A DNA stretch of 64,000 nucleotides from NCBI GenBank assembly GCA_964016885.1, contig OZ024743.1:74214001-74278000 (forward strand), given 5' to 3'. Positions 27,480-41,323 of the stretch are shown one piece after another. Every line of letters begins with the position of its first letter. Within the stretch, counting starts at the first letter, position 1. The DNA is from Eledone cirrhosa (lineage: Eukaryota). The position numbers and the translations under genes are program-made. Below the pieces are notes generated by a model that was given only the letters and a program-made list of their open reading frames with translations, had not been told where the DNA came from and made no database searches.

Positions 27480-28745
27480 GGCTTCGATCAGTTATTTGAT
27501 CAGTGTATGTGGCTGAGCATTTCACAGACACGTGAAATTAACGTAATTCTCAGGGAGATTCAGTGTAACAAGGTGTGACAAGGATTTAATATAACTGTGA
27601 GGGAGATTTAGTGTATCAAGGTGTGATATGTTGTGACATCGTATGACATGGTGTGACAAGGATGGCAATAACGTAATTCTCAGGGAGATTCGGTGTGACA
27701 AGATGTGACAAGGTGTGACATGGTGGGACAAGGATGGACATAATATAACTGTTAAGGAGATTCTGTATGACAAAGTGTGGCATGGTGTAACATGGGGTGA
27801 CATGGTGTGACATGGTGTGACATGGGGTGACATAGTGTGACATGGGGTGACATGGTGTGACATCGGGTGATATGGGTGACATGGAGTGACATTGGGTGAC
27901 CTGGTGTGACATGGGGTGACATGGGGTGACATGGTGTGATATGGGGTGACATGGTGTGACATAGGGTGACATGGTGTGACATGGGGTGACATGGTGTGAT
28001 ATGGGGTGACATGGTGTGATATGATGTGATATGGTGTGACATGGGGTGACATAGTGTGATGTGGTGTGACGTGGTGTGACATGGTGTGACATGGTGTGAC
28101 ATGGTGTGATATGGTGTGACATGGTGTGACATTGTGTGATATGGTGTGACATGGTGTGACATGGTGTGCTATAGTGTGACATAGTTTGACATGGGATGCT
28201 ATGGTGTGACATGGTATGATATGGTGTGACATGGTGTGACAAGGTGTGATATGGTGTGACATGGTGTGTCATGGTGTGACATGGTGTGAAATGGGGTGAT
28301 GTGAGGTGATATGGTGACATGGTGTGATATGGTGTGACATGGTGTGATATGGTGTGACATGGTGTGACATGGGGTGATATGGTGTGACATGGTGTGACAT
28401 GGGGTGACATTGTGTGATATGGTGTGACATGGGGTGATATGGTGTGACCTGGTGTGACATGGTGTGACATGGTGTGACATAGTCTGATATGATGTGACGT
28501 GGTGTGACATGGTGTGACATGAGGTGATATGGTGTGACATGGTGTGCCATGGTGTGATATAGTGTGACATGGTTTGACATGGGGTGTTATGGTGTGACAT
28601 GGGGTGACATGGTGTGACATGCTGTGATATGGTGTGACATGGTGTGACATTGTGTGACATGGTGTGATATGGAGTGACATGGTGTGACATGGTGTGACAT
28701 GGGGTGATATGGTGTGACATGGTGTGACATGGCGTGGCATGTGTT
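27480..28745. repeat. SINE remnant grading into a 10-bp minisatellite (ATGGTGTGAC)n
   Basis: AAGGTGTGAC in the SINE body is repeated in 27570-27780, then forms a pure 10-mer array; explains the HHVTPCHTMS ORFs. Confidence 0.9.
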
Positions 28746-28979
28746 ACATTGGATGACAATGATGACCCATTTGTATTACAGCTACACTTCACCCGATGGG
28801 CTTCAAATGGGTTTTCCTCTACAGTCATACTCACAAGACATGGGTTGACGGGAAGCTAAGGTAAGTAACATTTACCTAAGACACCATGCGATGATGTAAC
28901 AACTAAGACTGAAATACAAGGTGTGACGTATATTTGGGTGGTTGCTGTAGTCTGGTAGTCTCAGTAGTCTTATAATAGC

Positions 28980-29048
28980 GATGATGATGATGGAGATGAT
29001 GGTGATGTCGATGATGGTGATGATGGTGATGTCGATGATGATGATGTC

Positions 29049-29081
<33 letters not shown>

Positions 29082-29640
29082 AATGATGATGATGGTGATG
29101 ATGGTGGTGGTGCTGGTGATGGTGGTGATAGTGGTGATGCTGGTGGTGGTGGTGGTGGTGGTGATGATGATGGTTGTGATGATGGTGATAGTGGTGATGA
29201 TGATGGTTGTGATGATGGTGATGGTGATGGGGGTGATGATGGTGATGGCGTTGATGATGGTGATGGCGGTGAAGATGATGATAATGATGGTGGTAATGAG
29301 GGTGATAGTGGTGATGATGATGGTGGTGATGAGGGTGAATATGATGATGATGATTAGTTGAAAGGAGGTGATAATGCGATGAATGTTGATGGCGCTGTAC
29401 ATAGTAATTATTTTTTAAATCACACTTGATGATGATGATGATGATGGTGTTGATGATGATGATGATGATAGTGGTGGTGGTGGTGGTGGTGGTGATGATG
29501 GTGATTATGGTGTTGATGGTGGTGTTGATGATGATAATGATGATGAATTGTGGTGATGGTGATGATGATGATAGTGGCGGTGATGGAGATGATGGTTATG
29601 ATGATAGTCTTGTTGATGATGATGGTTTTGATGATGTTAT
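28980..29640. repeat. Degenerate (GAT/GGT)n microsatellite
   Basis: Direct reading. Confidence 0.93.
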
Positions 29641-29796
29641 TTCTCTTTTTCCTCCGAAGGGTAGTGTGTTAGCAGAATTTTTAGGGTGTTGGCAGAAGTG
29701 ATTTGTCGTATTTCTTCCGTCTCCTTACTCGAATTCCGTTAAGAACAACTTTCCCTTTCGTCCTTCCGGGGTCAATTTATCCGACTTAACCTCTCA

Positions 29797-30016
29797 TACG
29801 AAGGGGTGATGAAAAGTTCCTGGCGTTAAAGGTATCACAGAGACATAGTTGGGGCTCCAACCGCCCGAGTTGTTTTTAAAAGGCTAAGAAAAACTGAAGG
29901 ACCGCTGCAATAAATGTGTGAATCCGAAAGGGGAATATGTTGAATATAATCATATTAATTGATCCACCTGTATTTTCTTTTACTTAAAGCCAGGAACTTT
30001 TCAGCTCTATTTCATA
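29797..30016 (+). mobile_element. Mariner-derived MITE inserted in an old SINE
   Basis: TIRs TACGAAGGGGTGATGAAAAGTTCCTGGC / GCCAGGAACTTTTCAGCTCTATTTCATA; internal RCNKCVNPKGEYVE* matches the mariner transposase C-terminus. Confidence 0.8.
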
Positions 30017-30314
30017 ATCGATGGCTTTGTGGCTATGCTAGAAGCCATTGTTGTTTAGGCCTGGGTCAGCCTTGATATAGCCGTATTATGATCAAAGACA
30101 GTCCACTTATGACCACCTCATTTTGTTCGTATTTACAACGAGAAATAGGGCTACGTTATCCAATGTGTTTTGGGTTTTGATATGTTTTTTCACCCGATGG
30201 GTTACAATTTGTGACAGATTTGGCTGCTATTTCTAGCAAATTGGTTAGTGTTAAGAATAAAATATTAAAGTTTTGACACTTTTCTACATTCATATCAGAA
30301 GAAAACATAATAAT

Positions 30315-30762
30315 GATTTCTACTATAGGTACAAGGCTAGTAATTTGGGGGGAGAGGAAAGTCGATTAAATCGATTCAGTGCATTACTGGTACTTTATTT
30401 TATCGACCCTGTAAGGATGAAAGGCAAAGTAAACATCGACGGAATTGAACTCAGAACGTAAAGGGCCGCAACTCTATGTCGCAAAGCATGTTCTCCGGCA
30501 CTCTACCAATACAGCCAAAACCGCCCTGACAACAACAACAACAACAACAACAATAATAACAATAATAATAATAATAATAATAATTGTTTCTACCTTTAGC
30601 ACAAGGCCAGCAATTTTGGGGGAGTGGAAAGTCGATTAAATCGACCCCAGTGCGTGACTGGTACTTTATTTTATCGACCCCGTAAGGATGAAAGGCAAAG
30701 TTAACCTCGGCGGGATTTGAACTCAGACCGCAAAGGGCCGTAACTCTATACCAAAACCGCCC
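30315..30762 (-). mobile_element. Two tandem Meta-like SINE copies separated by (ACA)n(ATA)n
   Basis: CTGGTACTTTATTTTATCGACCC.GTAAGGATGAAAGGCAAAG occurs twice. Confidence 0.85.
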
Positions 30763-31383
30763 TAATTACAATAACAATAATAATAAACGTTTAGCAAATA
30801 AACAGCCCACGCAACGTCAGGCAGCTGTCGACAACTTATATTAAATATTAAAACTAAGAGTTTGGGAATTATTGATGAACGAAAAATATTTTTAACTTCT
30901 ATATATTTAGAGAAGAAAGAAATATTCTTAGAGAGAAGCGGGTTTCTAATTGTATTCCCCATTCAATTTCAGAAATGTAAAAGTGTCAAAGTAGATTCTT
31001 GTAAATCTTCTATTCGATATCTCAATGGCCCTAGTCAACAAATCTGTTCAACTGATCAAACTAGAAGACATCAGTAATGAAAGAAAGAGAGAATATATTG
31101 AATAGACATGTGCGTATTATGTATATACTCTTGAGGCATTCGGTGTTAGAGGAAATGTGAAGTGACATCCATACTTTTGTCAAGGAATTTAGAGACGCAA
31201 GTGGATTAAGATGGTTATAACTGGGTATCAAAATATGGTAGAGGACTTTTGTGAACATACACACTGTTACAATATTGTTTACATATTGAATATAGATACA
31301 CATTTATGGGAAAGTTGAATGAGAATGGGTGATGCTGAAAACAAGAATAAGTACATCGTGATCTCAACTTCGAAAGGAGAAAC

Positions 31384-31892
31384 GATAGAAAGATAGATAG
31401 ATATATTTCTTTATTTGCCACAAGGGCCTACAAAAATGGGACATTACAAGATGTGACACCGGGTGTTTACATAAAATCTTTAACAATAATGAATAACAAT
31501 AAGATACATATAAAATAAAACAATCGAAGTCCCTAATAGGGTGGAACGTTACTGCGGGGTTGTTTTACACGCCGTGGTTAGAACAACCTTCAACACCAGG
31601 AACACGTTTTGTAGGTGTTCCCGTCTTCCCTCTGTTTATCTTCCTCAACCTACAGGTTTATATATAGAGAAGGCCCAATCACTCGGGCCATTTTCGCCGC
31701 ATTCACCCACTTTTCAGCGAATTTACGAGGGTGTAGCACCTCTCTCTCCACTCTCACCTTCCTTCTGAAGTGGTACTTAAAGAAGGAGGTGAGTTGTTGT
31801 CCGGAGAGAAAGGTGGTTGTCCTCAGTCCTTTTAACCTCGTCCACCATATTACCTCTTTCACCATAGCCACCAGACAGAGGAAAACCGCCTC
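31384..31892 (-). mobile_element. 5'-truncated Tx1-like copy inserted at the (GATA)n tail of the long element
   Basis: EAVFLCLVAMVKEVIWWTRLKG...REVLHP homologous to the ORF2 C-terminus; has its own AATAAA and TATC tail. Confidence 0.88.
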
Positions 31893-31946
<54 letters not shown>

Positions 31947-32247
31947 TGTTTCTTTATTAGCCACAGGGGCACAAAAGAAGGGGACAAATACAAAGGGGGA
32001 AGTTTACATACAATAAAAACGTGTAAAATGTTATCACAAATGCAATTTAAAAAGTTAGTCGATTTTCCCCAATAGAGGGAGACAGTTTATATGGGTAACA
32101 CATACCCCCGAAAAAATGTGCAACCCTCATCTCCAGGAGTACGAAGAGTTTGTACTCCTTTCCTCTCCTCCCCCTTTCCCCAACCTACAGGCTGATATAG
32201 AGAGAAGGCCCATTCACTCGGGCCATTCTCGCCATTTTCACCCACCT

Positions 32248-35200
32248 TTAATAAAACTTGCTGGGGTACAGCACCTCTCTCTCCATCCTGATTCTTCTTC
32301 CAAAGTGGTATTTGAAAAAAAGAATCAGTTGTTGGCCGGAGAGAAAGGTGTCTGACCTCAGCCCTTTCAACCTTGTACACCATACAACCTCTTTCTCCAT
32401 AGCTATCACACAAAGGAAAACCGCCTGTCCTTCGTTTTTGAAGGAGGGTGGCGGTTTGATCATGACAATGGATTCGGTGGTCAACCGGATTAGTCCCACC
32501 CGCGACAATAGTCGTTCTACATAGCCCCACAGGTCAGTGACGCCCGGGCAGTGTATGAATGCGTGCGCGACGGTTTCTTCGTCTCGCACGCACCTCGGAC
32601 AGATCTTTTTTGCAGGGTCCCTGCCCGGGCGCCCATGTCTGTATAGCTTGTCTCGAACTGGTAGAGCTCCTCGGTAGCACTGCCAGGCCAGGGACTTTTG
32701 GAAGTTGTCCATCGGTCCCGGGCGGAAGGTCCTACCGAACAGACTGGCCAGTTCATCTTCCTCTACGCCTAGAGTTTCACCGAGCGCGTCGTCGCACTTG
32801 CTGCGGATCAACCCTCTATAGAATGACGAAGTGGAGTCTCCACTGATCGCCAGGTCCGCCTGCCAGAGGGCTGTGAGCGCCTGAGCACATTCGATGTGCC
32901 AGTCGCCCATTTTCCTCGGTCTTTGCTTGACCCAGGACTGCAGCTCGGTCAGCGAGACGAGTCGTGGAAAGGCTCGCCTCACGAACGGAGCCCACACCGG
33001 TTGTCCGGTGAGGAATACGTAGAGATGCCGCAGCCTGAGCGCGTGTTTGCGCATCGTCAACCACGGCATCCCCAGCCCTCCGTTAGAAGGGTGTTGGCAG
33101 CAGATGGATCTTCTCACCAAAGGAGCCCGCCTCTTCCAAAGGAATTGGAAGAGCGCGCGCTCCATTTTGGCGAGCGTTTTGGCTGGACAAGGCACGACGG
33201 TCAATTGGTAGTAGATGGCGGACGCTATAAAAGTGTTCGCCACCTCCGCTCGACCTTTCAAAGATAGTTTGCACTCGGCCCACTTCTGGGTGAGTGCAAA
33301 CACCTTGTCCGTCACTTCGTTCCAGTACTTCACCACCTGGAGGTCCGGACCAAACCAGACCCCGAGCAGCTTTACCGGTCCTTCCGTCCAGCGTCCAACG
33401 ACGCCATCGGAAGGCATCGGTTTGCCTCTCCACGATCCGAGTTGCAAACCGATGGACTTGTCCCGGTCCAGCTTCGCTCCTGTGAAACTTTCGTATTCCT
33501 TCAGTAAGGTGCCGACTTCCTCGATTTGTGAGGCGCTCGACACCATTACTTCCACGTCGTCGGCGTAGGCCGACGCCGCTTTCCGCAGTCCCGGTTCCAG
33601 AGGGATGCCTTGCAATAGCTCAAACTTCCGCAGTAGTGGTTCGAGAGTCAGTACGTACAGAAGGGAGGAGAGAGGGCATCCCTGTCGAATGGATCGCGTA
33701 ATATGGAACGGCTCCGATAGGTAGCCGTTCACCTTGACCCTTGAGCAGATGTTGCTGTTGTGCATTGCAGCAATCCAGCCCCTGAACATGGGTCCGAAGC
33801 CTGCTGCCTCGAGCACCGCATCCAGGTAACGATGGTCAACCCTATCGAAAGCCTTAGACTGATCCAAGTTGATCAGGGCCCCACCGAAGCCGGGTTTACA
33901 CCCTACCCTATCTATGATGTATCGCATGAGGTGGAGGTTGTCGTGTATGGACCTGGTCGGGATTGCGCATGTCTGCGCTTCTTCCACCAGGTTCTCGACG
34001 ACAAGCGTCAGCCTCTTTGCAAACACCTTGGCCAAAATCTGTAACTCTGTATTTAGCAGAGTTATGGGCCGGAAGTTGCCTATGTCATCCCCCTTATTCT
34101 CGTCCTTCCTGATTAGTGTGACCACGCCCCCCGTCACAGAACTGGGAATTCTCCCGTTCTGTTGCCAGTTGCAGTAGACCGCTTCCTGGAGACCGGAGAA
34201 TAAGTCCGGCATTGCTACGTAAAATTCGTAGGGTAGACCGTCGAGACCTGGAGATTTGCGTTTGCCGCATTGGCTCAGCGCGTCCCCTATCTCAGCGGCT
34301 GAAATCGGCTTTTCGCAGAACTTTTCCTCGCTGTCCCAGAGTCGCGGTAGGCCGTCGAGGTATGGACCGAAATCCATAGCCCCTCCCGGCGCGCCTCCCC
34401 TCCCGAACAGTTGAGCAAAGTGCCGCTGAAAGGCCGCACACATCTGCTTCGGCTCACGTATAACGCGTCCGTTTTGGTCCTTCAAAGACCAAATCGTGGC
34501 CTTGTTGCCACTTTTTGCCTCCGTCACTCGGGCCCAGCTAACAGCTTTGGCTCCCTGGTTTCCCAGAGCACGTGTTTTGCTTCTGACAACGCAGCCCTCG
34601 TGCTTTGCGTCGAAGAACTGGTCCAAGGCCGTTCTCGTTGCTAGCACGCTGGCTACGTTGCCACTTCTAATTGCCTCTTCTACTTTATCTACCAGTTCCT
34701 TCTCGGTTCTATTTCTATCTAACGCTAATTCTTTACTAAAAACTATCGAGTCTAATCTAACTGCCCTCTTGAGAGCGTACCACCATCAGTTGTTGACAAT
34801 GGCCCCTGTCAAGTGCTGTTTAACTAAAGTGCTAATCCGTCTACTGTAGGCTTTGCTTGTCGGTAACGACAAGTTCAGCTTCCAGTAGCCGGGTCCTTAT
34901 CTATGGGTTCTATCAAGGCTGGCCATGCAGGTCACTAGTTTGTGATCTGAATAGGCAACCATGAACATTTGTGGACAGTTTAACATGTCCCTATCTTTAT
35001 TTCTAACTAGAACCCTATCTAGGTACGATCTAGATGTTCCGCTACGATTACTCCACGTCCACAGTGGCGCAGTCGGAAAATCTAGTCGATATCTATCGGC
35101 CAGGTCAAATCGGTCGATTAACTGTTTGAAGCTGTTATACCCCCCTTTATCGGGACATGCTCCCACATAGTTCCAACCTGCATCTAGGATTCCATTCCAG

Positions 35201-35622
35201 TCCCCCACTAAAAGCAAGGAGCGGGACGTTCCCAGAAAAGTCTCTAGACGTTTGAAGAAGTCTGGCCGCGGTGTCCCGGATGGGGCATATGCGGCCACCA
35301 GCCTGAAGGCTCCACCTTCACTACCGTCAACGTCTAGGACCACCAGTCGACCCTCCGGGTCCAGATGTACCGTCTGTGTTACGAGGCCCAGGTGTTTCCG
35401 CAGCAAAACGGCAACTCCGCCCCCACCCCCCGGTTGACAGAGAGATGCGTAGATCTCAAAGTCATCGAAGATGGGGGCCAGCTGTCGCTCGCTGTGGATC
35501 CTGGACTCGCAAATGGCTACCACATCCATACTGTGCGACCTGAGGTCGTTTAAGAGTTTACCCTGTTTCTAGGGCATCCCCAGGCCGCGTACGTTCACAC
35601 ATCCAACTCTTATATTCGCCAT
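32248..35622 (-). pseudogene. Tx1 ORF2: APE endonuclease - reverse transcriptase - C-terminal zinc finger, with in-frame stops
   Basis: ATG 35622 MANIRVGCVNVRGL, stop ~35570, VGDWN, SYLDR, YSDH, stop 34897 before GPGYWKLN; FRPITLLN, DQSKAFDRVDH, RQGCPLS, YADD, CPRC..ETVAHAFIHC, all in one frame. Confidence 0.93.
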
Positions 35623-35659
35623 GTTGGTGCTGAAAAGTTAAAAGAGGAAAAGAGATCAC

Positions 35660-37548
35660 TCACCCTTCGTCTCCTGGTGACCAGGGCGCACGATTTCTAT
35701 GGGGGTGTTGGAGGGGTTGTCTGGATGGGTGATGGTTTCCAGCGGGGTGGGGTCTGGTGGGATGGGGGTGTCTGGGGTGGGAAGACATTTGAGAAGGACG
35801 CGGTTGAGTGGTTTCACGCAGGAATTCCCACATCCTTCTCAAATGTTTCTTTTAGGGACCTATAAATTTGTATAGGGACCCTAACCAGTTTTAGGTTCAG
35901 TTTTTTGCTATTTTTAATAGAGTGGGCGAAAGTTTTTCCTTCGGTTTTCACCGAAGGGTCGTTCGTGATGGTCTCCATTAGTGTTTTGTTTTCAGTGTTT
36001 ATGTAAGTGTAAGTGTAATTTTCTTGTGTTGTGTTTGTTTTTGTCTGTAGTTCTTGTGTGTGCTTTCGTTTTGTTGTAGGTATTTTGTTTTCAGGAGGTG
36101 GGGGTTTTGTTTGTGATGTTTTTTGTTGTTTGTGTTGGTGGTTGTATGTTTGTGGTAGTGTTTGCTGGTTTTTTACTTTTGTGATGTCTTTTCTTTCTTT
36201 TCGAGCGATGGGGTTCTCCCTCGTCTTCACTGGGTGATGGCGAGATAGCCTCATCTGTTGTATCGTCTGTGTGTTTGGGGAGGGGTATGTCTTGGGGAGC
36301 TGTTGTGTCTGTATGTGATTTTGCAGTGGTTTTAGGTGGAGTGAGGTTGGGTAGGACTGTGTTTGTTGTGGCTATTTTTGTGTGTTGGTGTTGTTGTTGT
36401 TGTGGTGGTGTTGGTGGTTGTGTTGTTTTGATGGGTGTCGGCAGAAGTGCCTTTTTTTTATTCATTAATTTAGGACAGGAAGCCCTCAGGTGACCCCTGC
36501 TAAAGCAATGGTAACATGAAGGCCGCCTACCCTCAACCGAAAAGTTTATGTAGGTGAGTCCGTCCAGGAGTACACGTTGTGGGATCATAGCTATTCGCTC
36601 TGGGCTCATTTGCACCAGAACTTCAATGCTAGTCCCATTGAATACATCTCTGGGGGACTTTCCTACTGACAGTATTCTGTCTTCATCAAAATTGATGAAG
36701 CCGCACAGTATCCACCATATGTTCACCTTTGGTGTGACACTCGTGATTCTGATCTTTTGTGTTCTTTTTCCCATGTATGTAGGGAAAAAGGTGGTGTACA
36801 GGTTGGATACAATTGGCGACACAGAGTAATTTTGGGCCGTCAATTGATCCTTCATGAGTACCGAAATACTCCCAAAAAGTTTGCTTCTTTGAATGAATGC
36901 AATATCATTCATTGAATTTTTGAAAACCAGTTCAATTTCTTTCTGACAATTGGACTGGTTTTCGGGTAGAATTGGAAACTGTCCTAAAAACTATCGTTTT
37001 GAGAGAAGTTTCCTTGCGAATTTCTACCGGAGAATTGATGCTGAAAGCACCATTTTTTTCGAAAGTGACATATCTCCTAGCGTCCTTTGAAAGTTGTTCA
37101 GCATTTGTTATGTCGAGGTATATCAGTTCCTCCTTTTTTTTAACTTTCTCTGCAAAGAGATTTTTGGTTTCTTTGTGGAATCCGTGTTGGTGATGTTGTC
37201 ATTATTGTTGTTATTGTTGTTGTTATTCTTGTTGTCACCGATGTTGATATTATTCGTATTTTCCTTGGTGTTGTTGTTGTCTTTGATGCTGGTGTTATTG
37301 GTGTTGTCTTTATTTTTTTCTTTGTTGTTGTTATCATTGTTGCTTTTATCATCATTATTGGTGTTGCTGTTATTTTTGTTGTCATTGAACTGTTTGGTGT
37401 CATTTGTGTTGTTTGGATATGAATTCGTTTTTACATTTTCATTTTGTCTTTCCATCTCTATAGTATCTAGTGAAGAAGACGTTGTTGACTGCGAGCTTTG
37501 TAGTCTTACCGCCTCTCCACCACCATTATCGTTGGACGCAGCGTTCAT
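35660..37548 (-). pseudogene. Tx1 ORF1 (gag-like, zinc knuckle), frameshifted
   Basis: Asn-rich N-terminus; a frameshift in the A-run at ~37135 joins it to the 36091-36912 ORF with CYHCFSRGHLRASC (CX2CX4HX4C); further shifts downstream. Confidence 0.8.
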
Positions 37549-38772
37549 AACGTAATCAAACTTTTACAATATTTTTTCCAAGATTCGATGGAGAACAAAT
37601 TTTCAAATGGATATTTCGCCCCTGTAGGGGCGAAAATGAGTTGACCCACCACCTGAAGGTCCAGGTCCAGGGATTTGAACTAAGAATGAAGTAAACTGTA
37701 ACAAATACCGAAATATGTTTAATCCGATACCCTAAAGTGTTTACTATTACTTCACCACATTTCTACTTATATAAGATTGTATGGTCTCGTAGCATCAGGT
37801 GGTTTCTAGGGGATTTTTAAACCTTGCGTTTTGCTTCTTATCACTCACAACTGTTAACTTTTAAGGCAGGTGGTATAAGAGTTAGGTTCTTGATCTTAAA
37901 CCACTTATTTCTTTGGTTAGATTTATTGACAAGGTGATATACTGGATTTTTCAGCAAAGTAACTGATTTTTCGTTTCTTTTCCTCACCCAACTGCTAATG
38001 GGCACCGAAAGCAGCTGAGGTGAACCTTACGACTGACTAGCACCTCGTATAAATTGGTCATTTAATGCCCCATAAAATCAAAAGTATAGCTTTAATGCAA
38101 ACCGTGCCAGAATTTAAGGACGTAAAATCAATGACTTGTATAGATACAACACTAGAATATTTTATACAAGTCTTAAGAGAGTACACTCGATCGAAAGGAG
38201 CACAGTAACGCCTCTGAAGAATTGAATGGTAAAACTGATTCCAGTGAGATTTACTCTGAGATTAGAAATGAATGGAATACAATATTGTAATACATTTCAT
38301 GTATAATCTAAGGGTAATAACCCAAATAAGCCAATGGCGTAGATTTAGATAAAGATAACATATGATATAATGATGGAAATATCCGAAATTATGAATTAAC
38401 AGAATTTTCCTTCTTAGTTGCAGAAAGAAAACAAAACCTAAATCTTCAATGTTAGCGAATTTCGTCTAAAAGATGAAAGAATTTCAAGAAAGTAAATTTT
38501 ACTTCACTAAATGATTTATTTCACAGGTGTATGTGGAATTTAACATTTCAGATAATGGGACATCTGCAATAATGTTCTGGTTTTATTGGAGCTCATCAGG
38601 ATAGTATAGAGAACTGATTGATCAAATAACAAACGTTTTCTCCGTTTCAAATCTGTATGGTCAAAGATCGATTTTATTGTTTAAATAGTACATTAGTATT
38701 TAAACTGATGTGCTGAGGGTGGAATAAGTATTATCTGTTTTTTTCACCAAATATTAAAAAACTCATTTTTGC

Positions 38773-38834
<62 letters not shown>

Positions 38835-38899
38835 AGCAATCGTTTCCCACTGATCCTGCTTGGTCCCCAAGCGTGACCAGACCCTACAATGCAAAATTG

Positions 38900-39357
38900 T
38901 GAAGTTGCCTACAAAATGCGGATACCTGTGTTTTATCGATAGAGTGCGTATTTCGGAGATCTGAGAGTCATTCAAGGTAGATCTACTACTTCTCCGAATT
39001 GAGAGATCACAGCTTCGATACTATGGGCATATGGTTAGAATGTCTCAGGAAAGAATGTCTGGAGAGATTTTACGGGCAAACCAACCGACAGAAGATCCAC
39101 AGGTAGACCTGAACAAGATGGTTGGATAACATCTCTGAGCTGGGCTTGTCTCGCTTGGAGTCCAGCCGGATTATCTGGAGACAGTTGCTGGTGACAGGAT
39201 CCGCTGGAAGGAGATTTTGAGGACTCTACCCCATGACCTCCTCAGGAATACGTGGACGACGACGACGAAGAAGAAGAAGAAGAAGAAGAAGAAGAAGAAG
39301 AAGAAGAAGAAGAAGAAGAAGAAGAAGAAGAAGAAGAAGAAGAAGAAGAAGAAGAAG

Positions 39358-39418
<61 letters not shown>
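38900..39418 (+). mobile_element. RTE-clade LINE 3' end with (GAC)(GAA)n(CAA)n tail
   Basis: LLLRIERSQLRYYGHMVRM...GRP..RWLDNI is typical of the RTE C-terminus. Confidence 0.85.
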
Positions 39419-39419
<1 letters not shown>

Positions 39420-39435
39420 GATATATGGGGGTGTA

Positions 39436-40545
39436 TATGAGGACCGTTCAAAAAGTATCCGACCTTTGGGCATAAAAAAAAAATTTAAAAATACTTCCCT
39501 TGGGATTTCATTCGTTTTCCCCAACTCTTCTGCCATTGTTGGTACCACCTCTGGGACACATTTTCTGGAGTACTATGGAGCTCTACCGTCGCATTTCTCA
39601 TAATTTCCTATCGCGACACAAATCACTTCCTTTTCAGTGTGGTTTTCAGATTGGAGAAGAGTCAGAAGTCACATGGTACCAATTTGGGAGAATAGGGAAC
39701 TTGTCGAACAAGTGGTGTTTGTTCTTGACCAGGAGAGCTTGGATTATGTGGGAGAGCATGAGTAAACACATTGTTGTGGTGAAGTTGCCAATTCTTCGCC
39801 GCCGACATGTCCGGCCGCATTCGACGCACATCATGAAGGCCACGTATAACCTACAGGTAGTATTCCTTATTGATTGTTTAGCATTGAGGTGCGTATTCTA
39901 GATGCACAAATCTACGGGAGTCAAAGAAACAGGTCAACATTACCTCCATATTGCTGAGAGTCTGTCGTGCTCTTTGGAACCTTGGTAATGATGGATGTTT
40001 CCATTGGGGGGTAGAGACTGGAACTTATTTTCCGAATCTTAACCACGAACCTATGTCTTATCACCACTGATGAGATATAGGTTCATGGTCTTCATGAAGT
40101 CTGGGTTGTGGTTTGTATAATCCAGCATGTTCTGAGCGATTTCCATGTGGGGCTGCTTCTCCTGCTTTGCCAGCACATTGGGGACGAATTTCGCCAATAT
40201 TCTCTGCTTATACAAACCCTCCGTTAAAATGGAATGCACTGATCCTGAGCTTATTCCGACTTCGTGAGCAATTTCTTTGATTGTTACACCACGGTTTTCC
40301 ATGTCTATTCGCCGAACCTTCGCAATCGGCTCCTTGTTTCAGCTTTTGGTTGCCCTGACTGAGCGTGCCTCACTCTCTACTGAGGGGCGGCCATGTTTCA
40401 AGTGGTTGTACCATTTTTTTATCTATGTTTTGCCCATGGCATCATCGCCAAAAGCTTGGTGAATCTTCTTGATGGTTTGAGCTTCAGTCTCTTGAGTTTG
40501 AGCTTCAGTCTTTTGGCAAAACTTGATACAATATTCCCTTTATTA
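39436..40545 (-). mobile_element. Degenerate mariner transposon (transposase pseudogene, one TIR)
   Basis: TIKEIAHEVGISSGSVHSIL (HTH), AKFVP, ISGDKT (first catalytic D), PYSPKLVPCDF; TIR-like TATGAGGACCGTTCAAAAAGTATCCGAC. Confidence 0.85.
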
Positions 40546-41109
40546 GTTACATGTTGTTGGATTGGCAGTATAGGTAGAGTGTAAGATTAAAATCAGATTA
40601 AAATGGGCGCCACTTGGGACAGTTGTTCTTGAAAGTGAAAACTTCCAAAGATATCTAAACCTACAAATTTTCAATTATTATATGTGTTTATGTCTGGGAA
40701 AGTTTTGCAGGTCAACAGAAGGTGACGTATTTCATGACCTTCTTCCCCACGTGAGCCTCTCTAAACATGATTGATATCTTTCTCTGGGTATTTCAGTCGG
40801 GAAGAAAGTAAATAAAATCGTTTCTCACTACCAAAATTTTGTCTGTAGTTCATTGGATATATATTATCTGAGACGACATATTGTAATCAATCATACAGGT
40901 TTACAAACTCATGCAAAATATCACACCTAAGCTAAGATTGTATAACTTGTCTTACAGTGTCTATTTGTTGATAGCAAAGTACCCCCTATCTACGCCCGAC
41001 CTATGTAGACGGAACCGGGTCGATGTATCAGATATTACTAACGATATAAATACTGGCATTGGACATTGCAGGGGAGACGAGCGAACATGTTAAAGAACAG
41101 ATATTTGAT

Positions 41110-41243
41110 GATTATGATAGTAGTGATGTTAGCGAGGATAATTGTGATGGTGATGGTGATGATGATGATGATGATGGTGGTGATGATGATGATGATGATT
41201 ATGATGATGATGATGATGATGATGATGGTGATGATAATGATGA

Positions 41244-41323
<80 letters not shown>

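Larger units (their letters stand above)
31893..37640 (-). mobile_element. Near full-length Tx1/L1-group LINE with (TATC)n 3' tail
   Basis: ORF1 (CCHC) + ORF2 (APE-RT-zinc finger) + 3'UTR AATAAA + (GATA)n 31893-31945; 5' boundary approximate. Confidence 0.93.

Noticed and set aside
27522-28834. His/Cys-rich ORFs up to 374 aa resembling metal-binding proteins
   Set aside because: All three frames give the same peptide from a 10-bp tandem repeat
28780-28866. Possible exon ending at the AAG|GTAAGT donor
   Set aside because: Sequence resembles a decayed octopus-type SINE (CACAAG..GCTA..GTA..ACATTTACCTAAG); no supportable reading frame
37613-37637. Terminator-like hairpin TTTCGCCCCT-GT-AGGGGCGAAA
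   Set aside because: Rho-independent terminators do not apply to this eukaryotic context; probably part of the Tx1 5'UTR
38415-38610. Possible small host exons after TTCTTAG and TTTCACAG acceptors
   Set aside because: Early stops and no recognisable protein; needs RNA-seq
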